DNA from: a virus
Lineage: Duplodnaviria > Caudoviricetes
Virus record (IMG/VR): IMGVR_UViG_3300020049_011034
Span: 416 to 64,415 of that record
Direction: 5' to 3' (one strand)
Length of the DNA: 64,000 nt
Part shown: positions 1 to 8,286 of the stretch, piece after piece
Numbering within the stretch: the stretch's first letter is position 1
How the letters are laid out: every line of letters begins with the position of its first letter
The notes under the pieces: model-generated
Database searches by the model: none
What the model was told of the DNA's origin: nothing
The model's input: only the letters and a program-made list of their open reading frames with translations
Position numbers and translations under genes: made by a program

Positions 1-1
1 T

Positions 2-493
2 ATACAGATTGTAACGGGGTCGAAGCAGGCTTTTTTTAAACTCATTGGAGACTATGCGGAAAACATAAAAGATGTAATAGTGTGGCACAAGGGAGACGGG
101 CAACCATCCATGCACCCGGACGTGTTGAACGCCTCGCACGAACTTATTTTAGTTTTGGAGGCTGACAAAAAATGTGGGAGAGCGATAACAAACTCGTACT
201 TTGATCGGGGCAGGATGTCAAACCTATGGACAATAATCAACAAAAAACAAGAGGCGGATGGCCATGGGGCGGCGTTCCCGCTGCAACTCGCAGAAAAGAT
301 AGTTGTTAATTTTTCTAAAAAAGGGGGCTTGGTATATGACCCTTTTGGCGGAACTGGAACAACCGCAATAGCATCCATCAAAAACGAAAGGCGCTGGATT
401 TTAAGTGAGTTAACGGCTGAATACGCGCTATCTTCTGAAAAGCGCGTTTCCCAACATTTGCAGCAACCGTATTTATTTTCTAATTGCGTTTAA
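2..493 (+). CDS. DNA methyltransferase, N4-C/N6-A (beta-class) type, 5'-truncated by the window edge
   Basis: Frame is open from base 2. Contains GHGAAFPLQLAEKIV and the SAM-binding motif VYDPFGGTGTTAIA, then ILSEL. Locally AT-rich. Confidence 0.85.
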   Translation: MQIVTGSKQAFFKLIGDYAENIKDVIVWHKGDGQPSMHPDVLNASHELILVLEADKKCGRAITNSYFDRGRMSNLWTIINKKQEADGHGAAFPLQLAEKIVVNFSKKGGLVYDPFGGTGTTAIASIKNERRWILSELTAEYALSSEKRVSQHLQQPYLFSNCV

Positions 494-551
494 CTCCAAG
501 CCTGACGAAGTCCGACCGCATGGGAGGATTGCCGGCAGGCGACAGTTATAC
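488..551. other. attC-like recombination hairpin (site C)
   Basis: GTTTAAC...GCCTG...CAGGC...GTTATAC, 64 bp. The methyltransferase stop TAA (491-493) lies inside the RYYYAAC-like box. Confidence 0.5.
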
Positions 552-576
552 GGCTTGCATATCTCAAAAAACCGAC

Positions 577-584
577 TATCTTTG
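577..584 (+). promoter_or_regulatory. Bacteroidota sigma-A-type -7 box
   Basis: TATCTTTG, with TTG 19 nt upstream (555-557). Confidence 0.6.
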
Positions 585-589
585 TGCAA

Positions 590-695
590 ACTTTTCATGA
601 GATTATTATACGGGAAATCCGGACGCGGGCCGCAAATGAGCAGCCCGCGTTTTTATTTGTCGCCACTCTCCACCGCAATAGGCGCGTTTTTTGTT
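590..695 (+). ncRNA. candidate small RNA or structured leader upstream of terS
   Basis: Lies between two promoter boxes. 8-bp stem ACGCGGGC(623-630)/GCCCGCGT(643-650); CGCC/GGCG stem followed by a T-run at 687-692. Confidence 0.3.
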
Positions 696-710
696 TGTGG
701 GTGTCGTAAT

Positions 711-718
711 TACCTTTG
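711..718 (+). promoter_or_regulatory. -7 box for the packaging operon
   Basis: TACCTTTG ending 27 nt before the terS ATG. Confidence 0.55.
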
Positions 719-745
719 CCGCAGCGACATCTGCAATTTACTGCC

Positions 746-1252
746 ATGGCAAAACAACAGAAAAGTAAGGCCGGAAATCCCAACCTGAAAAAGGGTGTAA
801 ATCCACAGGGATTCAAAAAGGGCTACGACCCGCGCCGCAATCTTGACGGCGCCCCACCGAAGCCGACGCGCCTCCAGGTGCTCGAAGCGGCGTTGGGCGG
901 GCCTATCGAACCTGAGTTCGAGCGCGGTATCACTATCAAAACCCTGCGCTGGCTCTGCGAGATGACGCCGGCAGAACTCAAGGTACTGGTCAAGCGAACC
1001 GACCTTGCGGCATTCGTGATACTGTACGCAAAGCGAATCCTGAAGGCAATCGATGACAAGGACACAAAGGCGATGGAGGAGATATTCGACCGCGCATACG
1101 GCAAGCCCACATCCCGCGTAGCGCTCACCGATACCGAAGGCAACGACAAGGAAGGCCCCGGTATCGTCATCTACCTGCCCGACAACGGGCGCGAAGACCG
1201 GGACAAACAAAATTTGGCCCATGGCACTATGGATAATCAGGAAGTCAAATAG
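746..1252 (+). CDS. terS: terminase small subunit
   Basis: Directly upstream of TerL. Basic N-terminus NPNLKKGVNPQGFKKGYDPRRN, then EEIFDRAYGKP and C-terminal GIVIYLPDNGR. Confidence 0.75.
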   Translation: MAKQQKSKAGNPNLKKGVNPQGFKKGYDPRRNLDGAPPKPTRLQVLEAALGGPIEPEFERGITIKTLRWLCEMTPAELKVLVKRTDLAAFVILYAKRILKAIDDKDTKAMEEIFDRAYGKPTSRVALTDTEGNDKEGPGIVIYLPDNGREDRDKQNLAHGTMDNQEVK

Positions 1253-1278
1253 CCTTTCACCCAAACAAAGTTTCGATC

Positions 1279-2757
1279 ATGGGTGCAATCAGCCGGGTAT
1301 ATCCGCAGGAAGGTTTTCAGATGAAGTACCTGTCAAGCAGGGCGGATATAGTCATCGGTGGCGGCGCGGCTGGCGCTGGCAAGTCATTCGCGCTACTGCT
1401 CGAACCCACACGACACATTGAAAACCCAAAATTCGGCGCGGTGATTTTCCGCCGAACCATGCCCCAGATCAGGAATGAGGGTGGTTTGTGGGATACATCA
1501 AGCAGCGTATACTCTGCTTTGCTCAAGGCTTGGCGTCCTCGTCCGCTCGAACACAGTGCCGCATGGACATTCCCATCGGGCGCGCGGGTAAAGTTCAGCC
1601 ACATGCAATACGAGAAGGACATGTACACGTGGATGGGAAGCCAGATACCCCTTATCGGATTCGACGAACTTACCCACTTCCTTGCCAACCAGTTCTGGTT
1701 TATGCTCACCCGAAACCGCGACGGATCCGATTGCGGCGTTCGGCCCTATATGCGCTGCACGACCAACCCACAAAGTCGCGGCTGGGTAAAGGACCTTATT
1801 CAGTGGTGGCTATACCCTGATGACTACCCCAACGAAAAAATGAGGGGCTTTCCTATCCCCGAACGTGACGGCACTGTACGCTTTGTGACGCGCTACAAAA
1901 AGCGCCTGCTGTGGGGGGACACGCCTGAGCAGGTGATTATCCAGTTGCCGGGTTCCGAGCAGTCGAAGTACGACGAGCACTCCATCAAGTCGCTGACATT
2001 CATCGGCGGCACATTGGATGGTAACCGGGCGCTGACGGCCCGTGACCCATCGTATCGAGCCAACCTGCTCGCCCAGGATGAAAACACGGCCATGCAACTG
2101 CTCGACGGCAGGTGGTATGCTACCGGCGATGACAACGAACTATTTGACTACACCGCACTTGGCGACTTGTTTGACAACGAGTTTGTCCCTGGAGGCGAGA
2201 AGTATATGACAGCCGATATAGCGATGGAGGGGAATGACCTGTTTGTGGTGGTCGTATGGGACGGGTGGAGAGCAACGCACACCTACACGTTCGAGAAGTC
2301 GGACGGTAGGGCGGTGCTTGACAAGATGTTGGAGATCAAAAACAGGCACAGCATACCAGGCAGCAACATCGCGTTCGACAGCGCCGGCGTCGGCAATTTC
2401 CTGCGCGGCTGGCTCAAGTCGGCAATAGACTTTCGCGGTGGTGATCCGGCCGAAAAAGACGACCGGGTGAAAGTGATGTACAAAAACCTGAAAACCCAGT
2501 GCGCTTACCACTTCGCGCAGCGGGTAAAAGATTATGCCGTGTTTGTCAACGTACAGGATGAGGACGTCCAGGAGCGAATCAAGGAAGAGTTTGACAAGCA
2601 CAGGAAAAAAGGATTCGACGCATCAAACCGGCTCACCATGTCGGACAAAGACGAGGTGAAAGCCGAACTCGGTTACAGCCCGGACTACTTCGATGCCTAT
2701 ACTATGCGCTCCGTATTTGAGGTAAAAAAGAAGCGCAGAAAGCGCAGTAGTAAATAA
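1279..2757 (+). CDS. terL: terminase large subunit
   Basis: Walker A GGAAGAGKS, Walker B IGFDE, coupling motif CTTNP, RNase H-like nuclease motifs TADIAMEGND and PDYFDA. Confidence 0.95.
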   Translation: MGAISRVYPQEGFQMKYLSSRADIVIGGGAAGAGKSFALLLEPTRHIENPKFGAVIFRRTMPQIRNEGGLWDTSSSVYSALLKAWRPRPLEHSAAWTFPSGARVKFSHMQYEKDMYTWMGSQIPLIGFDELTHFLANQFWFMLTRNRDGSDCGVRPYMRCTTNPQSRGWVKDLIQWWLYPDDYPNEKMRGFPIPERDGTVRFVTRYKKRLLWGDTPEQVIIQLPGSEQSKYDEHSIKSLTFIGGTLDGNRALTARDPSYRANLLAQDENTAMQLLDGRWYATGDDNELFDYTALGDLFDNEFVPGGEKYMTADIAMEGNDLFVVVVWDGWRATHTYTFEKSDGRAVLDKMLEIKNRHSIPGSNIAFDSAGVGNFLRGWLKSAIDFRGGDPAEKDDRVKVMYKNLKTQCAYHFAQRVKDYAVFVNVQDEDVQERIKEEFDKHRKKGFDASNRLTMSDKDEVKAELGYSPDYFDAYTMRSVFEVKKKRRKRSSK

Positions 2758-2794
2758 ATTTTGAGGCTTCTATTTTTTATTTGAATAATGCCTT

Positions 2795-2802
2795 TATATT
2801 TG
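2795..2802 (+). promoter_or_regulatory. -7 box
   Basis: TATATTTG in the AT-rich gap after terL. Confidence 0.5.
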
Positions 2803-2808
2803 TGCCGT

Positions 2809-3002
2809 TGTTCATTGTACTACACGGGGCTGCGGCCTCAATCGGTTGAGGGCTCCCGTCAAGATACCGTTACGCGTTACGCCCGGCCTCATATTTGCTG
2901 ACCCAAATAGAGGCCGGGTCGTGGTGCTTTTACAAAGAATTGTTTTCATTTGGTTTTTTGGGGTTTAATAGCGTCGGCTGCGCAAGCAATCGGCGCTTTT
3001 TT
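2809..3002 (+). ncRNA. candidate multi-hairpin small RNA ending in an intrinsic terminator
   Basis: Stems CCTCAA/TTGAGG (2836-2851) and CCCGGCCTC-TATTTG/CAAATA-GAGGCCGGG (2882-2918); terminator stem 2970-2997 plus T-run; no + strand ORF. Confidence 0.4.
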
Positions 3003-3081
3003 GTTGGTATAAATTAACCTCGGCTTTAAATCTATCTGCATACCTTTCGGCACACATTTTATTCACTAAAACTGTACATCA

Positions 3082-3474
3082 ATGGCAGACTTGCAAAACA
3101 TCATTGACGGTTTGGGTAACCAGATCGATTTCAAAAACGACGAACTGGAAGGGGTTGTCAAAGCCGCGTTCAACGCCGGCGGTCGCTGTCAGGCAGCACT
3201 GTTGACGGTCGAAAAACTGGCCCCTGGTGAAAACCTCGAGGAATACACCACGGGTATTCTTGAGGTCACCAATCCCATCGGCCAATTCCTCGATGATCTG
3301 ACGGAAGATCAGGAGGCAGCATACCGCGCGGGCTTGAAAAAAGTCATCCGTCACGAAATCCCCGAAGTCGAAACCGCATTAGAGGCTTTTGCCGATGCAT
3401 CGCTCGATCTGACCGCCGCCATCAAGGCCATGAACGAACAGATCGATTCGCTGGAAGCCGGCAACGAAGCCTGA
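3082..3474 (+). CDS. hypothetical acidic helical protein (moron-like)
   Basis: 130-aa ORF with its own promoter-like TACCTTTCG at 3041-3049. Confidence 0.7.
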   Translation: MADLQNIIDGLGNQIDFKNDELEGVVKAAFNAGGRCQAALLTVEKLAPGENLEEYTTGILEVTNPIGQFLDDLTEDQEAAYRAGLKKVIRHEIPEVETALEAFADASLDLTAAIKAMNEQIDSLEAGNEA

Positions 3475-3584
3475 TCCATAGCCGTTTTGTTTTTAGTGGG
3501 TTGTTTTGCGCCACGTCTCCATTTTGTGGGTCGTGGCGTTTTTCGTTGAAAGTGTTACATTTGCCCCATCACAACTGCAACATT

Positions 3585-4067
3585 ATGACCAGCAACGGAC
3601 AACACCAGCCACACCAAAAACCAAGATTCAGCATGACCGCCGACATTGCCGCGCAGATCAAGTCGATAGCCAGCCGCCTGCGGCCTTGCTGCGAGGAATA
3701 CAACATCACCACCGCGGTGAGCGGCCTTGAACTCCAAAACCAAGGCGTGTTCGAGATAAAGCGCAACGGCCTGATACAGCCGGTGGAGATTGCGCAGATG
3801 TACGAAATGCCAGGCGTGGCCCTGCGTGACATGAACCATGCGTTCAAACTGCGCAAGTTCTATTACGCTAACGGTATCATCGGCGTACACGATTACCTGA
3901 CCCAACTACCCGGATACGAGGCTACGATGCGCGGACAATACCCGTCGCTGTGGAAAGATGGCACATATATTGGGGTCAAAGAGGGCACACAGTTGCCGGT
4001 TGATCCGGAGTGGCTGCAAAAAATGCAGGACATTGACAAAATACAATCAAACATCCAACAGCAATAA
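3585..4067 (+). CDS. hypothetical protein (moron-like)
   Basis: ATG follows a CAA-rich leader; TACATTTG box at 3556-3563. Confidence 0.65.
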   Translation: MTSNGQHQPHQKPRFSMTADIAAQIKSIASRLRPCCEEYNITTAVSGLELQNQGVFEIKRNGLIQPVEIAQMYEMPGVALRDMNHAFKLRKFYYANGIIGVHDYLTQLPGYEATMRGQYPSLWKDGTYIGVKEGTQLPVDPEWLQKMQDIDKIQSNIQQQ

Positions 4068-4068
4068 T

Positions 4069-4587
4069 ATGGACACTTCCACCCTCGTCGGCCTGCTCGA
4101 ACAATCGTTTGAGTCCGCAAGCCAACTCCAACACCACAAGGCCCGAACGGTGCAGATGCACCTTCAACGCGCCGTCGCCGAACTCGACCCGAACAAGGCA
4201 CTCGAACTGCGAGGCAGACTCGCCAGCGGTGGCCGCGAAGTTGAAAGCGCCGCCGTCGTAAAAACAACTGGCAGCGCGCAAGGCCGATTCAACACGGTTC
4301 CCCCGCAACAGATATTCGCAGACCCCACGAAGGCCGCAGGTACGACGACCGCCACTGCTCAACCTGCGGCTCATACTGAAAACCCTGAAAAGGAAGATAA
4401 TCTTCGTGGCCTCTACGAGAAGATTGTGAAGATGTCGCCCAACCAGATCATCCAGACCTACAATGAGGGCGGCGTAGTCGGCATGATTAAAGCCCTTGAT
4501 GGCGATCCCGAAGCCGCCAAGAAGCCGAACCAAAAAGCAGCCTACCTGCAATCCCTCATCCGCAAACACCTCAACATCGAGGAATGA
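4069..4587 (+). CDS. hypothetical protein
   Basis: ORF coupled to both neighbours (ATGA overlap at 4584-4587). Confidence 0.65.
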   Translation: MDTSTLVGLLEQSFESASQLQHHKARTVQMHLQRAVAELDPNKALELRGRLASGGREVESAAVVKTTGSAQGRFNTVPPQQIFADPTKAAGTTTATAQPAAHTENPEKEDNLRGLYEKIVKMSPNQIIQTYNEGGVVGMIKALDGDPEAAKKPNQKAAYLQSLIRKHLNIEE

Positions 4588-5462
4588 ATGTATTTGAGGT
4601 CACAATAGCCACCTCCAAGATGGAAGGCGGCAGAGAGGTACTGCGCTCCGAGCGCAAGGAGTTTCGTTTTCCGCAATCGGCAGACGAGATAACCATGCGT
4701 CAATGGACAGACTTCCAGTTGCGCAAAAACGAGACACCGGAGTGGTTCCGGCAGTTGGAGCGCGATGATCAGGTCAAGCGTGAGGAAACCATGAAGGCAT
4801 GGGATGAGGAGCGATGGGGCGAGTTTTTTTACACCATTGCCGACCTTCTGACCTGCGTTGTGGATTCGACCGCCGCTGACATCCTGAAAGCCTTCCCGCC
4901 CCTGGCTGATGGCAAAACCGCGTTGGCCACGCTGTATATCCAGTTGAATTCCATCATAAACGGGTACCAGCCCAAAGAACGTAACACGTTCGAGTGGAAG
5001 GGGAATACCTACGTGTGGCCGCAAAAGGTGGTGGATAACATGGGGCACCAGTGGTGGGGGCAAGAGTTGACGACTGCTGAGGCGATTGAGGCGCTGCAAA
5101 TCGAGCACGTGTACAGTGCGAAGGACAAGAACGGCGAGTACATACTTGCCGATCGGAAATACCACGTTGATGTGGCCTTACTGGCAGTCCTTTCGCACAA
5201 GGTACTGAAGGAAGGCAATATAGAACAAGTGCCGCTCGAATACAACGCCCGGCGTAAATTCGTAGAGCGCAGGATCGAGGAGTTTTCCAAAGCGCCTATG
5301 TCGGTTTGCCTCGATATGGCTTTTTTTTTGAAAACTTCAAAGATTCGATTGGCCGTCACCCATATATCGCGTACGCGTTCCACACCTACGTCAACGACAT
5401 CAAGGAAGCGCGGGCGCTCAAAAACGCGCACGCGAAGTGGACGGTCTGGGGCTGGTACATAG
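4584..5462 (+). CDS. tail assembly chaperone (gpG-like), 0-frame product
   Basis: Slippery T9 run at 5321-5329, followed by a low-complexity S/T/R tail in the 0 frame. Confidence 0.6.
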   Translation: MNVFEVTIATSKMEGGREVLRSERKEFRFPQSADEITMRQWTDFQLRKNETPEWFRQLERDDQVKREETMKAWDEERWGEFFYTIADLLTCVVDSTAADILKAFPPLADGKTALATLYIQLNSIINGYQPKERNTFEWKGNTYVWPQKVVDNMGHQWWGQELTTAEAIEALQIEHVYSAKDKNGEYILADRKYHVDVALLAVLSHKVLKEGNIEQVPLEYNARRKFVERRIEEFSKAPMSVCLDMAFFLKTSKIRLAVTHISRTRSTPTSTTSRKRGRSKTRTRSGRSGAGT

Positions 5463-5608
5463 TCCTGGATTCGATTGCGGAGGGTGACCGGTTCGGGCGG
5501 CCAGACCTGACAAAGATGGAAGGGGCTCTATTGTCGAATTTCTACGAAGCAATGATATGGGTCGGAAAGCAGCGGCATCTGCAATCCGACGAAACAAAAG
5601 GAACATGA
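5321..5608 (+). CDS. -1 frameshift extension of the tail chaperone (gpGT-like)
   Basis: The -1 frame after GCT TTT TTT TTG reads FFFENFKDSIGRHPY...WGWYIVLDSIA and its stop overlaps the next ATG (ATGA 5605-5608). Confidence 0.65.
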   Translation, partial: FFFENFKDSIGRHPYIAYAFHTYVNDIKEARALKNAHAKWTVWGWYIVLDSIAEGDRFGRPDLTKMEGALLSNFYEAMIWVGKQRHLQSDETKGT

Positions 5609-6366
5609 CCGACCCAACCGAATTCTACGGCATTGCCAGCGCCATGGTGAAAGCATGGCCGGCCACATATCCGAACGCCGACGCGCACGAGTATGTGGCC
5701 AAGCGCCCCAACACGTTCGCTGTTCTGCGCTCCCTCAACGAGTTGGAGGCTGACAACCTGGCCAAGACTATAGAGGCCGCGCGGCCTCCCTACCTGTTTA
5801 TCCGCAGCTACGACTCCAACGCCTACCGGTCCGGCGTCAAAATTGAGTATCCGCTGATAGGATGCGCTGAGGATACCATGCGCTTTTTCAACCCCATCAC
5901 CAAAGGGGCAAAAAAGCAACGCCACAAAATCAACCTATTTGTGGTCGACCAGTTGCCGTACCCCGGCACATCCTATTCCGACCAGTACAGCATGAACCGA
6001 GCCATTGAGGAAGTGGGTAGGGACTTGCGGCAGATCATGCTGAGGTACCTGAACTCCCTTCGCCGCTGGGCCCGGGTGGAATTTCTGTCAGGCCCCTACG
6101 CAGACGGCTGGCATGATGTGGAGTGGCTGAAAGCGCACGGCGCTACGGCCACGTGGGAAGTCATAGAGTCGCTTACGGATGTCATCGTGGGATCGAGCGA
6201 ACCCGACGGCGATTTGATATATCAGGGCAGCGATAACACTGCAATCCTGATTACCAACATTTACATCGAGACGGACTACTGCCCGGCGCCAGTGGATTTT
6301 AACTTCGTGTACGGCGATGACGGCATTCTTGTGCCGCCTGTCGAAAAATGGCTGTATGACAAATGA
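5605..6366 (+). CDS. putative tail completion/terminator-like structural protein
   Basis: Position within the tail operon; ATGA-coupled on both sides. Confidence 0.4.
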   Translation: MTDPTEFYGIASAMVKAWPATYPNADAHEYVAKRPNTFAVLRSLNELEADNLAKTIEAARPPYLFIRSYDSNAYRSGVKIEYPLIGCAEDTMRFFNPITKGAKKQRHKINLFVVDQLPYPGTSYSDQYSMNRAIEEVGRDLRQIMLRYLNSLRRWARVEFLSGPYADGWHDVEWLKAHGATATWEVIESLTDVIVGSSEPDGDLIYQGSDNTAILITNIYIETDYCPAPVDFNFVYGDDGILVPPVEKWLYDK

Positions 6367-6941
6367 CCATCGAGCAGGCACGGCAAACTTTTTTGAAGCG
6401 ATACGATGAGTTTGCTTCTGATATGGCTATTCTGTTCGTGGAGGAACTGGAAGCGCAAGGCCACCGCGCAACGGGAAAACTGATTGCATCAGTGGTGGCG
6501 AAGGTGAAAACAATGCTGGATAACATCGAGGTGCAGATGTCGCACCTGGACTACGGAATAATTGTAAATACCGGCCTGTCACCGGAGCGCGTTCCATATA
6601 GCCGGGGTAGTGGCGCAAAGACTTCGAAGTTTATCGAGGCGCTCATGGGATGGATACGATTAAAGGGAATAGGCGGGGGCCTGGACAAGACAGTGAGGGG
6701 TATTGCATTTGCTATGGCCACGACGATGAAGCGCGAAGGGGTACCGACAAAGGGTAGTTACCGATTTACGTCCAACGGTAGGCGTACCCAGTGGATAGAC
6801 TACATCTATAACCGGTACAATGTGGAGTGGCAGGACAGGATTGCGGATATTTCGGGCGACTACATGGAAGATGTGTTTGACGCCATGTTGGAGCAAACCG
6901 CCCGGGCATACAGCCCATACATTCAGTTTTCCAAAAATTGA
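6363..6941 (+). CDS. putative neck/head-tail joining protein (HK97 gp10-like)
   Basis: ATGKLIAS...DYGIIVNTG...ALMGWIRLKG...AFAMATTMKREG pattern and size. Confidence 0.5.
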   Translation: MTIEQARQTFLKRYDEFASDMAILFVEELEAQGHRATGKLIASVVAKVKTMLDNIEVQMSHLDYGIIVNTGLSPERVPYSRGSGAKTSKFIEALMGWIRLKGIGGGLDKTVRGIAFAMATTMKREGVPTKGSYRFTSNGRRTQWIDYIYNRYNVEWQDRIADISGDYMEDVFDAMLEQTARAYSPYIQFSKN

Positions 6942-7005
6942 CGTTCGTTCGATTCTCTGGTTTTGGGCATGAGAATCGAACGAACGTCACCAACACAAAT
7001 AGCAC

Positions 7006-8286
7006 ATGGCACTCGTAGTATCGGATGCACCGATCGGCGGACTTCTGTACGCAGCGTATGTATCCCAGACATTCATTGTCACGGAGACGGTCACGACCGG
7101 CCAGCCACCGGCTGCCCTCGAAGTCGTGGTGAAAAACGAGGGCACAGTGATCGAAACGCTGTACTATGAGGCCATCGAGGTAACCAGTGCCAGCGGCACC
7201 GACACCTGTACGTTCAAGTTTGATATTAGGGAAGTGGTACAGCAACTGTTTGTACCGCGCGACATGCTTCCTGTGTATGGCGCAGGATCTGGCGCTCAGG
7301 CTGTATATGGATCGCCGCAGGTTGCATTCATAGAGTGCGATTTGACGCCGTGGAAACCCAACACTGCGGGTTTGCTTGAGCGCGATGCCGGCAGTACAGA
7401 AAACACACTCGGCTACCGGGTCATAAACGCCGTCCGTGTGGAGGAGGAGGAACCGGCAATGCAGGATTTCTGGGCGGCTACCGGTCGGCGCTTTCTTACC
7501 TCGAAGACACTGCGAGGATACACCGACCTTTTCTCCAACGAATTCCTGTACATGTACAACCGCGATGACGTAGAAATATCGTGGATTGTAGAGTTCAGGC
7601 AGAATTCCGGCATATTCTCCGGGTTTCTCCGCTCCTGGGGCCGCGTACTACCTACCGACGATGAAAACAAAATCCTTCGGTTGGGCGTGGGCGGCTTGAA
7701 CATCCTGAACATGGCGTGGGATGAGGAGCACATTATTGGCGGTGGCACAGAAATGGGGCTCGAAAACAATGACATCACATATTATGAGGTCTACGGCGCT
7801 GCGGTCGGCTCAACCGATGCTATAACCGAAGTGCGCCGGTACTATGTGCAATGGGAGCCTACCATTTGTGTATCTTACCGGATACACTTCCTGAACCGCT
7901 ATGGTGTGTGGGATTTTTTCCCGGTTACATCGCAGCCTGGCGACAACCTGAAATTGACCGACGATCCATACGAAAAGAAACTCCCGGATGATTTTGTGTT
8001 CGGGTCATCGCCGATCACACGCAGCCATGTTCGGATGCGCGGGCAGGTGCGCGGTGACAAAGGCTTCGAAGTAGAGGTAGGTGGATTTAGCGACAAGCAG
8101 GCGGTTTGGCTACAAGAACTTGCCATGTCTCCCCTGGCCTTTATCGAGAAGGAGCCGGCAGATCAGCCCGGGGCGCCGACGCGGTTCTACCCCATTGTGA
8201 TCCAGACAGACGAATTCGACATCACCGAAAGGAAATTCACCTTCACGGTGATCTATTCAAAACAGCGATTCAGCCAACGCGTGTAA
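7006..8286 (+). CDS. minor tail/baseplate protein
   Basis: 426 aa, beta-rich, C-terminal IHFLNRYGVWDFF motif; in the tail operon. Confidence 0.55.
   Translation: MALVVSDAPIGGLLYAAYVSQTFIVTETVTTGQPPAALEVVVKNEGTVIETLYYEAIEVTSASGTDTCTFKFDIREVVQQLFVPRDMLPVYGAGSGAQAVYGSPQVAFIECDLTPWKPNTAGLLERDAGSTENTLGYRVINAVRVEEEEPAMQDFWAATGRRFLTSKTLRGYTDLFSNEFLYMYNRDDVEISWIVEFRQNSGIFSGFLRSWGRVLPTDDENKILRLGVGGLNILNMAWDEEHIIGGGTEMGLENNDITYYEVYGAAVGSTDAITEVRRYYVQWEPTICVSYRIHFLNRYGVWDFFPVTSQPGDNLKLTDDPYEKKLPDDFVFGSSPITRSHVRMRGQVRGDKGFEVEVGGFSDKQAVWLQELAMSPLAFIEKEPADQPGAPTRFYPIVIQTDEFDITERKFTFTVIYSKQRFSQRV

Noticed and set aside
8106-8285. Upstream starts given by the ORF track for several genes (e.g. 8106, 24849, 32067, 40632, 47295)
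   Set aside because: They overlap the preceding gene extensively; downstream ATGs with stop-start coupling or A-rich leaders are better supported.
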